A stretch of DNA of 61,862 bases. It comes from a virus. Its lineage: Duplodnaviria; Caudoviricetes. How positions within the stretch are numbered: the first letter of the stretch is position 1; every line of letters begins with the position of its first letter. Below are positions 24,578 to 33,958 of this stretch, piece by piece. Location: the IMG/VR virus record IMGVR_UViG_3300033141_002737, positions 1 to 61,862 of that record, one strand, 5' to 3'. The position numbers and the translations under genes are program-made. A model generated the notes under the pieces. The model ran no database searches, had not been told where the DNA came from, and was given only the letters and a program-made list of their open reading frames with translations.

Positions 24578-27396
24578 CTGCAACAATAGCCGTATTAGCA
24601 GCTGCTGCTTCATTTGCTGCTGCTGCAATGCCTTATATAATGTTAGGATTATCTATTTACTCAATGGTAGATGGATTAACTAATAAAGGTAAATCTTCTT
24701 TGAATAATAGTATGTATGGAGGAACTGGAAGTCCTACTTATGGATTCGGACCTTTACAGACTCAAACTTCAAACTTGTTAGCTCGTCCTATAGTATATGG
24801 AAAAGTAAAGTGCGCTGGTAACAAGATATGGCAAAGTGGAGAAAATACTTCTACAGTCAAACAACTTATATTATTTTCAGATGGAGAAATTTATGGTTAT
24901 GAGGATATTAAATTTAATAATGAAGATTATTCAAGCCTTTCTGGATGTAGTGTAAGCAGATATTATGGAGATGGGGTTCAAGTTATTGATAGCCGAGTAA
25001 GTGGAGATACTGAAGAAGATCAAGCAGAAATTGTTGGAGGACTTAAATATGATGCCTATTTAGCTATAACTGCCCAGGCTTCGGATAAAATAACTAATTC
25101 AGGTTTTAATGTTACTGCTATAGTAAGTGGGCGTAAAATATTATATTATGATTATTATACCGAAGAAGAAGATCCAAGTTTGCCTTTTAATATCCTTTCA
25201 GGAGAAATAATAGATTTAGAAAAGGAAATAACTTTATACAATGGGCGTACTGGTGCCAAATATGTAGAATATTTTTGGAGTCCTGAATTTGAATATACTA
25301 CAGTATATGGACAGAAATTTGATATTACAAAATTATTTTCAGTGTGGAAGGAGGCTTCCGAATATAGTATTAAAGAATTTATGGTAGTTAACCCTAATGA
25401 TATAAGCTCTTTAATAGAATTAGGAGAATTTAATCCATCTGAATTAAAATATATTCATGGTGTTAGTATAAGAGAGGACAATTTATATTTAACTGGAGTT
25501 GATGCTAGCTATAATAGAAAAATCATTCAATATTCATTATCTAATCCATATGATTTACTTAAAATAAGTCCACTTTTTATTAGAGAAGCTCCTATAAGTT
25601 ATAGTGCAAGTTTATATATATCTAAAGACAGAGTACATGCATTCGCAATAGAAAATAGTGGGAATAGGACTCTATACCACTACAAAATGACTACTCCAGG
25701 AGATATTTCAACATTATATCAATATCAAACAAAAAATTTACCTACTACAGGTAATTCAAATGTAACTTCGAATTTTACATTTAGTGATGATGGTAAAATA
25801 TTCATATGCACGGATAATAATACAGGAGCTTCTCCTGTATTATCTCAATTTAGTATGGAAACTGGTTGGGATATAGCTAATTGGGTAGAAGATGATTATG
25901 CATCGTTTGAGGAATATTTTGACCCAAGTGTTGATGATTTTCAATCTGTAGTATTTAATGATGAAGGTCGTTCTTTTATTCCAGTTATTAATACTAGAAC
26001 AGCTGAATACGATGAACAACTTCTTCATCAATTTATCACCGGAGCTACAACCTTATCAAGTGTAGGTTATAATAGTAATCCTGCTTGGTGCATTTATGAT
26101 TTTCTTACTTATTATAATGGAATTAATCTAAGTATTAATGAATTAGATCTGCAAAGTTTTTATGATGCTGCCGCTTATTGTGATGTAGATGTAGAGGGAC
26201 AAGTAAGATTCTCTCTTAATCTTATTTTAGATACTAAAAAATCAAGACATGATTGGCTTAGTGCTATGTTATTGGTGTGTCGAGGATATTTAGTATATAT
26301 AGATGGAAAACTTCATCTTAAGATAGATCAAGCTGGAAGTAGTGAACAAAGTTTCACTACCTCAAATATAATTACAGATTCTGAAAAATTATGGACTACT
26401 CCTAGAGAAAATAAATATGATATAGTTAAGGTTCAATTTATTGATCCTGATAATGAATGGGCTAGAATTTATGCTGTAGCTGAATTAACTACTTATAATA
26501 ATGAACAACCTATTATTAAGGAAGTGGAAGCTTTTGGAATCACTAATTTTAAACAAGCCTCTCGTTTAGCTTGGTTTTATCTCAATGAGGCTACTATTAC
26601 AAATAAATTCATATCTTTCGATACTACTAAAGAAGGATTGGATAGAACAGTAGGAGATTTGATTGATATAACTTTAGATACTTTCGGATATACTTCAAAA
26701 ATATTTAGAATCACTAGTTTATCTGAAGAAGAAGAGGGTCAAATAAAAATAATAGCTAAAGAATATAATGAGATTTTATATAATGACACCCAAGGTAGTA
26801 TAACTCCTACATATACCCCTATTGTAGAAGAAGATGATGAAGATTTTGGGCAGGTAAGTGCTGGAAGTGGTAGTTATATTGAAACTATTAATTCTAATAT
26901 TGTAGAAGAAGCTGGATTAGAAATAACTTCAGTTATCCCATTTGACGGAACTACGCCTCAAATAGGAGAGGGTACTGAAATATTATCATTTCTGTATACT
27001 CCAAATAATTCAGAATCTACTATTAAATTTGAATGTGTAGTTCCTTCTATATATACAGATGCCGCTACCACAGTTAGTTTAGCATTATTTAAAGATTCAG
27101 TTTGTATAGGAGCTACAAGCATAAATCTTTCACAAACCGGGTCTACGGAAGGATATTCTATAACATTAGATAAAACTATTACATTATCAACTATGGATTT
27201 ATTTTCATTGTCTTTACGAATAGGAGTAGATAGTGCAGGACCTACTATCATGATAGGGAATAAATTTGGACCTTCTGGAATTCCTTATATAACTATTATA
27301 GAAACTAAGTACATTGAAAATCCTGATTATTTATATATAGAAGATCTTTCAGGACGTATAATATTAGAAACAGATAATTTATTAAGATTGGAGTAA
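24571..27396 (+). CDS. central tail fibre/host-specificity protein (gpI/gpJ-like)
   Basis: PIVYGKVK.AGN, SNPAWCIYDFL, QASRLA and GDLIDIT motifs. Confidence 0.85.
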   Translation: MVTATIAVLAAAASFAAAAMPYIMLGLSIYSMVDGLTNKGKSSLNNSMYGGTGSPTYGFGPLQTQTSNLLARPIVYGKVKCAGNKIWQSGENTSTVKQLILFSDGEIYGYEDIKFNNEDYSSLSGCSVSRYYGDGVQVIDSRVSGDTEEDQAEIVGGLKYDAYLAITAQASDKITNSGFNVTAIVSGRKILYYDYYTEEEDPSLPFNILSGEIIDLEKEITLYNGRTGAKYVEYFWSPEFEYTTVYGQKFDITKLFSVWKEASEYSIKEFMVVNPNDISSLIELGEFNPSELKYIHGVSIREDNLYLTGVDASYNRKIIQYSLSNPYDLLKISPLFIREAPISYSASLYISKDRVHAFAIENSGNRTLYHYKMTTPGDISTLYQYQTKNLPTTGNSNVTSNFTFSDDGKIFICTDNNTGASPVLSQFSMETGWDIANWVEDDYASFEEYFDPSVDDFQSVVFNDEGRSFIPVINTRTAEYDEQLLHQFITGATTLSSVGYNSNPAWCIYDFLTYYNGINLSINELDLQSFYDAAAYCDVDVEGQVRFSLNLILDTKKSRHDWLSAMLLVCRGYLVYIDGKLHLKIDQAGSSEQSFTTSNIITDSEKLWTTPRENKYDIVKVQFIDPDNEWARIYAVAELTTYNNEQPIIKEVEAFGITNFKQASRLAWFYLNEATITNKFISFDTTKEGLDRTVGDLIDITLDTFGYTSKIFRITSLSEEEEGQIKIIAKEYNEILYNDTQGSITPTYTPIVEEDDEDFGQVSAGSGSYIETINSNIVEEAGLEITSVIPFDGTTPQIGEGTEILSFLYTPNNSESTIKFECVVPSIYTDAATTVSLALFKDSVCIGATSINLSQTGSTEGYSITLDKTITLSTMDLFSLSLRIGVDSAGPTIMIGNKFGPSGIPYITIIETKYIENPDYLYIEDLSGRIILETDNLLRLE

Positions 27397-27400
27397 AAAT

Positions 27401-28054
27401 ATGGCAGATTTAAAAGCTACTCAATTAACCGCTTTAACAAGTGTAGATAAAGATGATCTATTATATATAATAGATGATGTGGTAGGTACCCCTATAAGTA
27501 AGAAATCTACTGTTGAGCACGTTCTTCAAGGTACAAATACTTTAGATGCCCTAACTACAGTAGATAAGGCCGATATAATATTAGCTATAGATGATCCAAG
27601 TGGAACGCCTACAAGTAAAAAATCTACTGTAGAGGATGTATTACAAGCAACTAATACTCTAGATGTAAATAATACAGTTCTTAAAACAGATAAGATACTT
27701 ATTATAGATGACCCTGCAGAAACCCCTAAGGCCGAACATACTACTATTCAGAATTTATTTGAGGGGATGGATATTGAAGTAAACGAAGATTTAGATTCTG
27801 ATACGGATGATGCGTTCTTAACAGGAATTGCCTCAGGAATAGGAATTTTAATTGTCGGAGTTGGAACAGATACTATAGCAGCTACTTATTTAATTGAAGG
27901 GAGCACTTTAACTGCAATATCAGCTAATGTCTTATTTTCAACGGTAAAGGATAATGCCGCTACATATAATGTATACTATGAAACTGATCAATATAAGGTC
28001 CAAAATAAAGTCGGAGATAACAAAGTAATTAAAGTTAAGTTTATTGGAGTTTAA
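27401..28054 (+). CDS. tail fibre/adaptor protein with three ~35-aa repeats
   Basis: MADLKATQL start; repeats L..VDK.D.L..IDD..GTP.SKKSTVE.VLQ. Confidence 0.65.
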   Translation: MADLKATQLTALTSVDKDDLLYIIDDVVGTPISKKSTVEHVLQGTNTLDALTTVDKADIILAIDDPSGTPTSKKSTVEDVLQATNTLDVNNTVLKTDKILIIDDPAETPKAEHTTIQNLFEGMDIEVNEDLDSDTDDAFLTGIASGIGILIVGVGTDTIAATYLIEGSTLTAISANVLFSTVKDNAATYNVYYETDQYKVQNKVGDNKVIKVKFIGV

Positions 28055-28074
28055 TTTTTTAAAGGAGACATATT

Positions 28075-28368
28075 ATGGTAGATGCTTTAGCTTATCAAAC
28101 ACCGGAAAGTTTTAAAGAAGGGATGGCGGTAAAAGCAAAAACTTTTTTATTAGTTACAAATAATGTAAATATTTTACAAACAAATACTGCAGGATATTCA
28201 ATTGCTGGGATAATGGTTACAACTTCAGGAGATTTAACATTAATTGATAATAATGATTTAGAACTTCCTGCTATTACAGTAACTGCCGGATTAACAGTAT
28301 ACCCCATTACACCTAAAAAAGTTAAAACAGGGTCTACAGCAGTAATTTACGCTGCTTATGGAGGATAA
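28075..28368 (+). CDS. small virion spike-base-like protein
   Basis: SGDLTL...YPITPKKVKTGSTA pattern; position. Confidence 0.5.
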   Translation: MVDALAYQTPESFKEGMAVKAKTFLLVTNNVNILQTNTAGYSIAGIMVTTSGDLTLIDNNDLELPAITVTAGLTVYPITPKKVKTGSTAVIYAAYGG

Positions 28369-29167
28369 TTCAATGACAATGATAGTTATAGGATGCGGAA
28401 TAGGATTATCAGAGATATTAGATGAAGTAGATTCTATAGCCCAAAATGGATTTGTAAATAATGAGGATTTATGGGGATTTTACCATATGGGAAATTATGA
28501 TGGTAATAATAATTTTATTATAAATACTCCATCATTTCCAGATACTATCATAGATCTTAGTGGTAATACTAATAATATAGCACTTAATAATTTTGCCGGT
28601 ACTATAGATAGTGGAGCAAGGGGGGATAATACTACAGGAAACGAAAGCTGCATAAGATTTGAAGGTACAGATGATTTTGGTCAAATTCCTATAGGAACAC
28701 TATCTGGATCTACACTTTTTACAGTTCAACTAGGTATTAAACCTGTTGCAACGCCTTCTTGGGCTACTTATTGTGGAAGTGGAGGGTATGCAGTAGGAAG
28801 AGGATTTGAATTTTTACAAAATGGAGTTACTAATGATATTGTACATCGTACATGGTCTTCTGGAGGATCAGGGGATACTGCTACTTATTATGGAGGAGAT
28901 GTAGGAAATAATATTTTTAGTGCAGCTTATACTTTTGACGGATCCAGAGTTACAGAAGAAACTGAATGTTTTGTAGAGGGTGATCCAAAAACTACACTTA
29001 ATAAACTCATGTCAGGACTTCTATATGATATATTTTTAGGTGTAAGAAATAAAACTACAAAAGATAATTGGTGTAATTTTGATTTACATTGGTTAGCTAT
29101 ATATAAAAAAGTTCTTACAGATGCCGAAATTCAACAAAATGCAAATGCTAATCTTGTGTGGATATAA
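28358..29167 (+). CDS. LamG/concanavalin-like receptor-binding protein
   Basis: DLSGNTN, FEGTDDFG and IYKKVLTDAEIQQN motifs. Confidence 0.7.
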   Translation: MEDNSMTMIVIGCGIGLSEILDEVDSIAQNGFVNNEDLWGFYHMGNYDGNNNFIINTPSFPDTIIDLSGNTNNIALNNFAGTIDSGARGDNTTGNESCIRFEGTDDFGQIPIGTLSGSTLFTVQLGIKPVATPSWATYCGSGGYAVGRGFEFLQNGVTNDIVHRTWSSGGSGDTATYYGGDVGNNIFSAAYTFDGSRVTEETECFVEGDPKTTLNKLMSGLLYDIFLGVRNKTTKDNWCNFDLHWLAIYKKVLTDAEIQQNANANLVWI

Positions 29168-29183
29168 AAAAGGAGAATAATTT

Positions 29184-29369
29184 ATGGAATGGTTTGATTT
29201 AGTACCTTTTCCAATAGCGGCTGGAATTATAATGTATGTAAGGGCTCAAATTCAGACACATGCTAAAAATTGCCCTACAATGACGGTACTTAATATAGTT
29301 AAAGATAGGCAAGCAGAAATTGATAAAAAAATTAATAAAATTTTGTTTTATATGATGGAAAATAAATAA
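29184..29369 (+). CDS. small membrane protein, holin-like
   Basis: N-terminal hydrophobic segment plus coiled coil (EIDKKINKIL); last late gene. Confidence 0.45.
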   Translation: MEWFDLVPFPIAAGIIMYVRAQIQTHAKNCPTMTVLNIVKDRQAEIDKKINKILFYMMENK

Positions 29370-29414
29370 TCATAATTTTAATCTAAATTTTAAAATGATT
29401 TTTATTTCCTATCC

Positions 29415-29440
29415 AAAGCAGGCTTCGGTCTGCTTTTTTT
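29415..29440 (+). terminator. strong intrinsic terminator ending the late operon
   Basis: AAAGCAGGC-TTCG-GTCTGCTTT stem with a cUUCGg loop and T7 tract. Confidence 0.9.
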
Positions 29441-29452
29441 ATTGAAATTAAA

Positions 29453-29504
29453 CTTAATAATTCTTAATAAAACACTTGTAAAATACAGTTTTATAATATA
29501 TAAT
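29453..29504 (+). promoter_or_regulatory. repeated early promoter element, copy 6 (heads the replication region)
   Basis: CTTAATAATTCTTAATAAAACAC-TTGTAA(29476-29481)-17bp-TATAAT(29499-29504). Confidence 0.88.
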
Positions 29505-29537
29505 TAAAATTATTAATACAAAACTAAAGGAGTTTAT

Positions 29538-29900
29538 ATGACCTATACAAAAGAAACTTGGACAGTGGGACAAAAGGTTACAATTTTTAGAAATAATAAA
29601 CCTTTTATAATTAGACAGGTTTTAAAAATTAATAAAACATCCATAACAGTAGGGAATAAAGAATTTAACTATAATTTTAAATTTGATGGAATTTTAAGAT
29701 TAACAGACAGATGGAATTTTACGCAAATAAAGTTATATCAAATAGAACACTCAAAGTATATAAAAAAAATAAATACATTAGCTAAACTTAGACAATTTGA
29801 TTTTTCAGTATTAAAAGATGAAGAACTTTATAAAGTATATGAAATTGTTAAAAAAGCTAATATAAATAAGGAAATAAAAATTGCGAATAATAAGATATAA
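29538..29900 (+). CDS. hypothetical early protein (SH3-like beta barrel)
   Basis: ORF track; AAAGGAG RBS; VGQKV...V.KINKT.ITV pattern. Confidence 0.65.
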   Translation: MTYTKETWTVGQKVTIFRNNKPFIIRQVLKINKTSITVGNKEFNYNFKFDGILRLTDRWNFTQIKLYQIEHSKYIKKINTLAKLRQFDFSVLKDEELYKVYEIVKKANINKEIKIANNKI

Positions 29901-31491
29901 TAATAAATTATTAATAACTTTTGATTATAATCTTAAATTTTTAGAGATCATTCAAAGTTTTCCAAATAGATATTGGCATAAAAAAGTCCTTACCTGGGAG
30001 TTGTCTATAGAAGATTTTCAATCTCTTATAAATAAATTAGATGAGAGTGAATATCCTTACGAAATAATAGATAAAACTATTGAATTTAAACCCTTTCATT
30101 CCTATGAATTTAAAACTGAACCTATGAGTCACCAACAAGAGGGATTTGAATTTGGATCAATTAACTTAAATTGGTTTTTAGGAGATGAGCAGGGGTTAGG
30201 AAAGACTAAACAAGTATTAGACCTAGCTGTAGCTAAAAAAGAAAATTATAGGTATAAACATTGTTTAATAGTTACAGGAGTTCGAAATATAAGAATAAAT
30301 TGGCTTAGAGAGATTAAAAAGCATACTAAAGAGCCTGCTTGTATTATAGGGGGTAAAAAAGATTCTAATCAATCTAAATTAATACATTTACAACAAATTC
30401 CTGAAGAATATTTTTGGATTATTAATGGAGAGGCATTAAGAAATTCAAAAATTTCGGATTTATTAAAAATTTACACTAAGAAAGGAATTATTTCAATATT
30501 GTTAGTAGATGAAATTCATAGGCTTAAAAATCCAGTAACTCAACAAGGAAAAGGACTTTTAAAATTAAAAGAATGTAAAGAAAAAATATTATTAAGTGGA
30601 ACTCCTATTGAGAACAGCCCATTAGATGGATTTATGATTTTAAAATTATTAGGATTTGAGAAAAGAACTTGGACAAATTTTAAAGGATATTACTGTGAAT
30701 ATGGAGGATTCGGAGGATTTCAAGTCTTAGGCTATAATAATATGAAAGAATATAGAAATAGATTTAAATCTATTATGCTTAGGCGTTTAAAAGAAGATGT
30801 ATTAGATTTACCTGAGAAGATACGAACCACTGAATATTTAAAAATGAACCCTTTACAAAGATTAGTATACGAACAAGTTAGGATTAATATATTAAATAAC
30901 TTAAATAAAATAAAAAAAAGTAAAAACCCTTTAGTGCATTTATTAAGATTACGTCAGGCTACTTTACATACTGCATTATTATCCTCTGAATATAATGAAT
31001 CAATTAAATTTGAAAGGGTATTAGATTTAATAGAAAATTCTAATAGTAATAATAGGAAATGTGTAGTGTTTAGTCAGTCACGAGTAATTATTGAATTATT
31101 ATATAAAGAATTAGCTTTGTATAATCCAGCAATAATCACCGGAGCAGTTAAAAATACGCAACAAGAGATAGATAAGTTTCAGTTAAGTGATAAATGTAGG
31201 GTAATATTAGGAACAAGTAAAGCTCTTGGAACTGGATATAATTTAACGGCCGGGACTCATATGATTAGATTAGATAGAGCCTGGACTCCATCTACTTGTA
31301 ATCAGGAAGAAGATAGATTACATAGAATAGGCACTACACAGACTATTAATATTACCACATTAGTTTGTATAGATACTATAGATGAAAAAATTGAACAATT
31401 AATTGAGCGGAAAGGATCAATGTCGGATTACCTAATTGATGGACGTATAATGAAGGATAAAGAAAAATTATTAGATTGGATATTAAGTTAA
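29881..31491 (+). CDS. SNF2-family helicase
   Basis: GDEQGLGKT, VDEIH, LSGTP, GTGYNL and QEEDRLHRIG motifs. Confidence 0.93.
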   Translation: MRIIRYNNKLLITFDYNLKFLEIIQSFPNRYWHKKVLTWELSIEDFQSLINKLDESEYPYEIIDKTIEFKPFHSYEFKTEPMSHQQEGFEFGSINLNWFLGDEQGLGKTKQVLDLAVAKKENYRYKHCLIVTGVRNIRINWLREIKKHTKEPACIIGGKKDSNQSKLIHLQQIPEEYFWIINGEALRNSKISDLLKIYTKKGIISILLVDEIHRLKNPVTQQGKGLLKLKECKEKILLSGTPIENSPLDGFMILKLLGFEKRTWTNFKGYYCEYGGFGGFQVLGYNNMKEYRNRFKSIMLRRLKEDVLDLPEKIRTTEYLKMNPLQRLVYEQVRINILNNLNKIKKSKNPLVHLLRLRQATLHTALLSSEYNESIKFERVLDLIENSNSNNRKCVVFSQSRVIIELLYKELALYNPAIITGAVKNTQQEIDKFQLSDKCRVILGTSKALGTGYNLTAGTHMIRLDRAWTPSTCNQEEDRLHRIGTTQTINITTLVCIDTIDEKIEQLIERKGSMSDYLIDGRIMKDKEKLLDWILS

Positions 31492-31506
31492 AAAGGAGAA
31501 ATTAAT

Positions 31507-32016
31507 ATGACAATAATTAAACGAAATAAACAAAACAAAAAAGAATCATTTATTAATTCATTTGAAGGTGAATTAATTAAAGAATCTTCTATTAATTCAA
31601 AATTATCGGAGTTAGTTAAAGAATATTATAAACATAATGAAACTAAAAAAGATTTAGATAAATCACTTAAAATTATTAATGCAGAAATTAAGAAATTAAT
31701 GAAAGGAAATAATTTTGAAGTAGATGATCTTATAGCTACTAAAACTATACAAGAAAGAAAATCTTTAAATGAGGAAAAATTAATAGAATGTCTTAAGGAA
31801 TCAGAAAAAAAATATAAAATACAAAATAATTGTAGAGAGTGCTCAATTATAAATCGAGTAATTAAAACTAGAGAATATGTAGATACAGATGAATTAGAAA
31901 CAATAATTCACGAGGAATTAGTAGATCCTAAGGATTTAAAAGAAGCTCAAGAAATTCAAGAAATAGTAGTTTTAAAAGTAACAAAAAAGAATGTTAAGAA
32001 TCCATTCAAAATTTAA
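31507..32016 (+). CDS. hypothetical protein (coiled coil, possibly Gam-like)
   Basis: ORF track; AAAAGGAG RBS. Confidence 0.6.
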   Translation: MTIIKRNKQNKKESFINSFEGELIKESSINSKLSELVKEYYKHNETKKDLDKSLKIINAEIKKLMKGNNFEVDDLIATKTIQERKSLNEEKLIECLKESEKKYKIQNNCRECSIINRVIKTREYVDTDELETIIHEELVDPKDLKEAQEIQEIVVLKVTKKNVKNPFKI

Positions 32017-32042
32017 TTTTTTATTAATATAAAGGAGAAAAT

Positions 32043-32222
32043 ATGAACATAACTAAAATTAAAGTGAATTATGGTATTTCATTTGAAGAGGGTGGTATAT
32101 GGCACAAACCTGAATTTGGAATAGAAGTAGAATTAGATTTAAAAGAAGATATTCAAGATGTAATAAAAAAATCTTGGATATTAGTTAAAGCGGAATTACA
32201 GAAACAATTAGAAGATGACTAA
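32043..32222 (+). CDS. small hypothetical protein (59 aa, MNITKIKVNYGISF...)
   Basis: Hand translation; AAAGGAG RBS. Confidence 0.65.
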   Translation: MNITKIKVNYGISFEEGGIWHKPEFGIEVELDLKEDIQDVIKKSWILVKAELQKQLEDD

Positions 32223-32228
32223 ACTTAT

Positions 32229-32280
32229 CTTAATATATCTTAATAAAACACTTTAAATTTTACTAAATATATTATATAAT
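32229..32280 (+). promoter_or_regulatory. repeated promoter element, copy 7 (variant -35 TTTAAA), ahead of the initiator
   Basis: CTTAATATATCTTAATAAAACAC-TTTAAA-17bp-TATAAT. Confidence 0.8.
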
Positions 32281-32309
32281 AATAGTTAAACCCTATAAGA
32301 GAGTATAAT

Positions 32310-33113
32310 ATGGAACAAAAAGATAAGAAAAATGCTAAAGGAATTTGGCTTCCAATTGAAATATATTTAGATAATAATCTAAATTGGACGGAGAGAATTC
32401 TATTAATTGAGATAAATAGTTTGGATAAAGATAAAGGATGTTTCGCTTCTAATTCCTATTTTGCTCAATTACTTAATACCTCTGAAACTACAATAAGTAT
32501 ATCTATATCTAAATTAAAGAGATTAGGATATATTATATTAGACTCTTTTGATGGGAGGGCTAGAACCTTAAAAACAGTCTTTAAGTTTCCTAAAAGTCTG
32601 CCTTTAAGTTCTCTTAAAAGCTGCCCTAAAGAGAACTTAAAACATAGTAATATATATAATAATATATATATTAATAAGAGTTTAGTTAATAAAAATTTAA
32701 ATAATAATTTAGATATTAACTTAAATAAATCAATTAGAGAGGAAATTAAAAATTCTACTCAAGAGGTGAAATCACCTAAAGTTAAAAAAGATTTAAAATT
32801 TAATATTAGAGAGTATACGAAGAATAAAGAATTAATTAATAGTTTAGATGAATTTATAAAACATTATCATCAGACATTTAATTATAGAATTAGTTATAAA
32901 AGTTTTGAATTAAAATTAAAGAAATTAGATGAATTAACTAAAGAGGATGAAAATAAAATTAAAATAGTAAATTTAGCTATTGAAAAGGGATGGAAAAATT
33001 TTTATTTAGAATCAAAGTTTGTAAACAATAAGCAAGAAAATTTTCTTCAGAATACTCGTGAAGAGCATGAAAAGAAAAAAGAAGAGGATGAAATATTAGA
33101 TGTTGAATTTTAA
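32310..33113 (+). CDS. replication initiator (N-terminal winged HTH)
   Basis: KGIWLP.EI...ILLIEINSL...GCFASNSYFA...ISISISKL...GYI; C-terminal AIEKGWK. Confidence 0.85.
   Translation: MEQKDKKNAKGIWLPIEIYLDNNLNWTERILLIEINSLDKDKGCFASNSYFAQLLNTSETTISISISKLKRLGYIILDSFDGRARTLKTVFKFPKSLPLSSLKSCPKENLKHSNIYNNIYINKSLVNKNLNNNLDINLNKSIREEIKNSTQEVKSPKVKKDLKFNIREYTKNKELINSLDEFIKHYHQTFNYRISYKSFELKLKKLDELTKEDENKIKIVNLAIEKGWKNFYLESKFVNNKQENFLQNTREEHEKKKEEDEILDVEF
32566..32730. repeat. putative replication origin: iteron-like repeats plus AT-rich tract inside the initiator gene
   Basis: TTTAAGTTTCCTAAAAGTCTGCC / TTTAAGTTCTCTTAAAAGCTGCC direct repeats and inverted TTAAGTTCTCT...AGAGAACTTAA, then a nearly pure A/T stretch. 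Confidence 0.6.
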
Positions 33114-33792
33114 TAAAGAAGATTGTTGGTATAGAAATGTATGTAATAAATATAATACTAAAGAATGTTATTCTGGATGTGTTAGACACCTAGAAATGAA
33201 TTATTTAATACAGAGTAGTAATATTCCCCCAATTTTACAGTATCCTGTTATATTAAAACCCAGTAAATTAGATTTAAAGGTATTTCAACAATTAAGTAGT
33301 AAAAAAGATAATATATTTAGTTTTGTAAATGGAGGAAGAGATTTATATATTTATTCTAAAAATAGTGGAAACGGAAAAACTACTTGGGCAGTTAAATTAA
33401 TGTTAAAATATTTTGATGAAATCTGGTCTGGAAATGGTTTTGAGTGTAAAGGTTTATTTATTCATACACCTAGTTTTTTGCTTAGAATTAAAACCGCTTT
33501 TAATAAGGTAGATGTAGAATTAAATAAGTTAATGATACTTTTAAATACCGTTCCTTTAGTGATATGGGATGATATTATTGTTACAGATATTAAGAATTAT
33601 GATTATTCGGTTTTATTAAGTTTTATAAATATTCGGAATAATTATAATCTTTCTAATATATATACAAGTAATTTAAATGGAGATGAGTTAATGGAAAAAT
33701 TAGGCGAACGATTATTTAGTAGAATTTATGAAAAATCTCAAAAAATTGAATTTAAAGGAGCAGATAGAAGAGGAGATTTTTACTATGATTAA
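33100..33792 (+). CDS. dnaC: DnaC/IstB-like helicase loader
   Basis: SGNGKTT, VIWDDI, YTSN and ERLFSRI motifs; follows the initiator. Confidence 0.85.
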   Translation: MLNFNKEDCWYRNVCNKYNTKECYSGCVRHLEMNYLIQSSNIPPILQYPVILKPSKLDLKVFQQLSSKKDNIFSFVNGGRDLYIYSKNSGNGKTTWAVKLMLKYFDEIWSGNGFECKGLFIHTPSFLLRIKTAFNKVDVELNKLMILLNTVPLVIWDDIIVTDIKNYDYSVLLSFINIRNNYNLSNIYTSNLNGDELMEKLGERLFSRIYEKSQKIEFKGADRRGDFYYD

Positions 33793-33955
33793 ATTATTAA
33801 AAGATAATAGAGTATACTTAGCTATACCATTTAATGAAGATGGATATGAAATTATTAGAGAAGATAAAAGTGAAGATTCTAATTGTGGTTTCATAGGTAT
33901 AGAAGGATTAGATTATCAAATAAATCAAGCATTATGGGTAAAATTAAGAAGGTAA
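33785..33955 (+). CDS. small hypothetical protein
   Basis: ORF track 33728..33955; ATG at 33785 follows GAGGAG. Confidence 0.5.
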   Translation: MIKLLKDNRVYLAIPFNEDGYEIIREDKSEDSNCGFIGIEGLDYQINQALWVKLRR

Positions 33956-33958
33956 ATA

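Noticed and set aside
27401-29167. Diversity-generating retroelement or invertible tail-fibre switch
   Set aside because: No reverse transcriptase, invertase or TR/VR pair seen; the repeats in 27401..28054 are ordinary protein repeats
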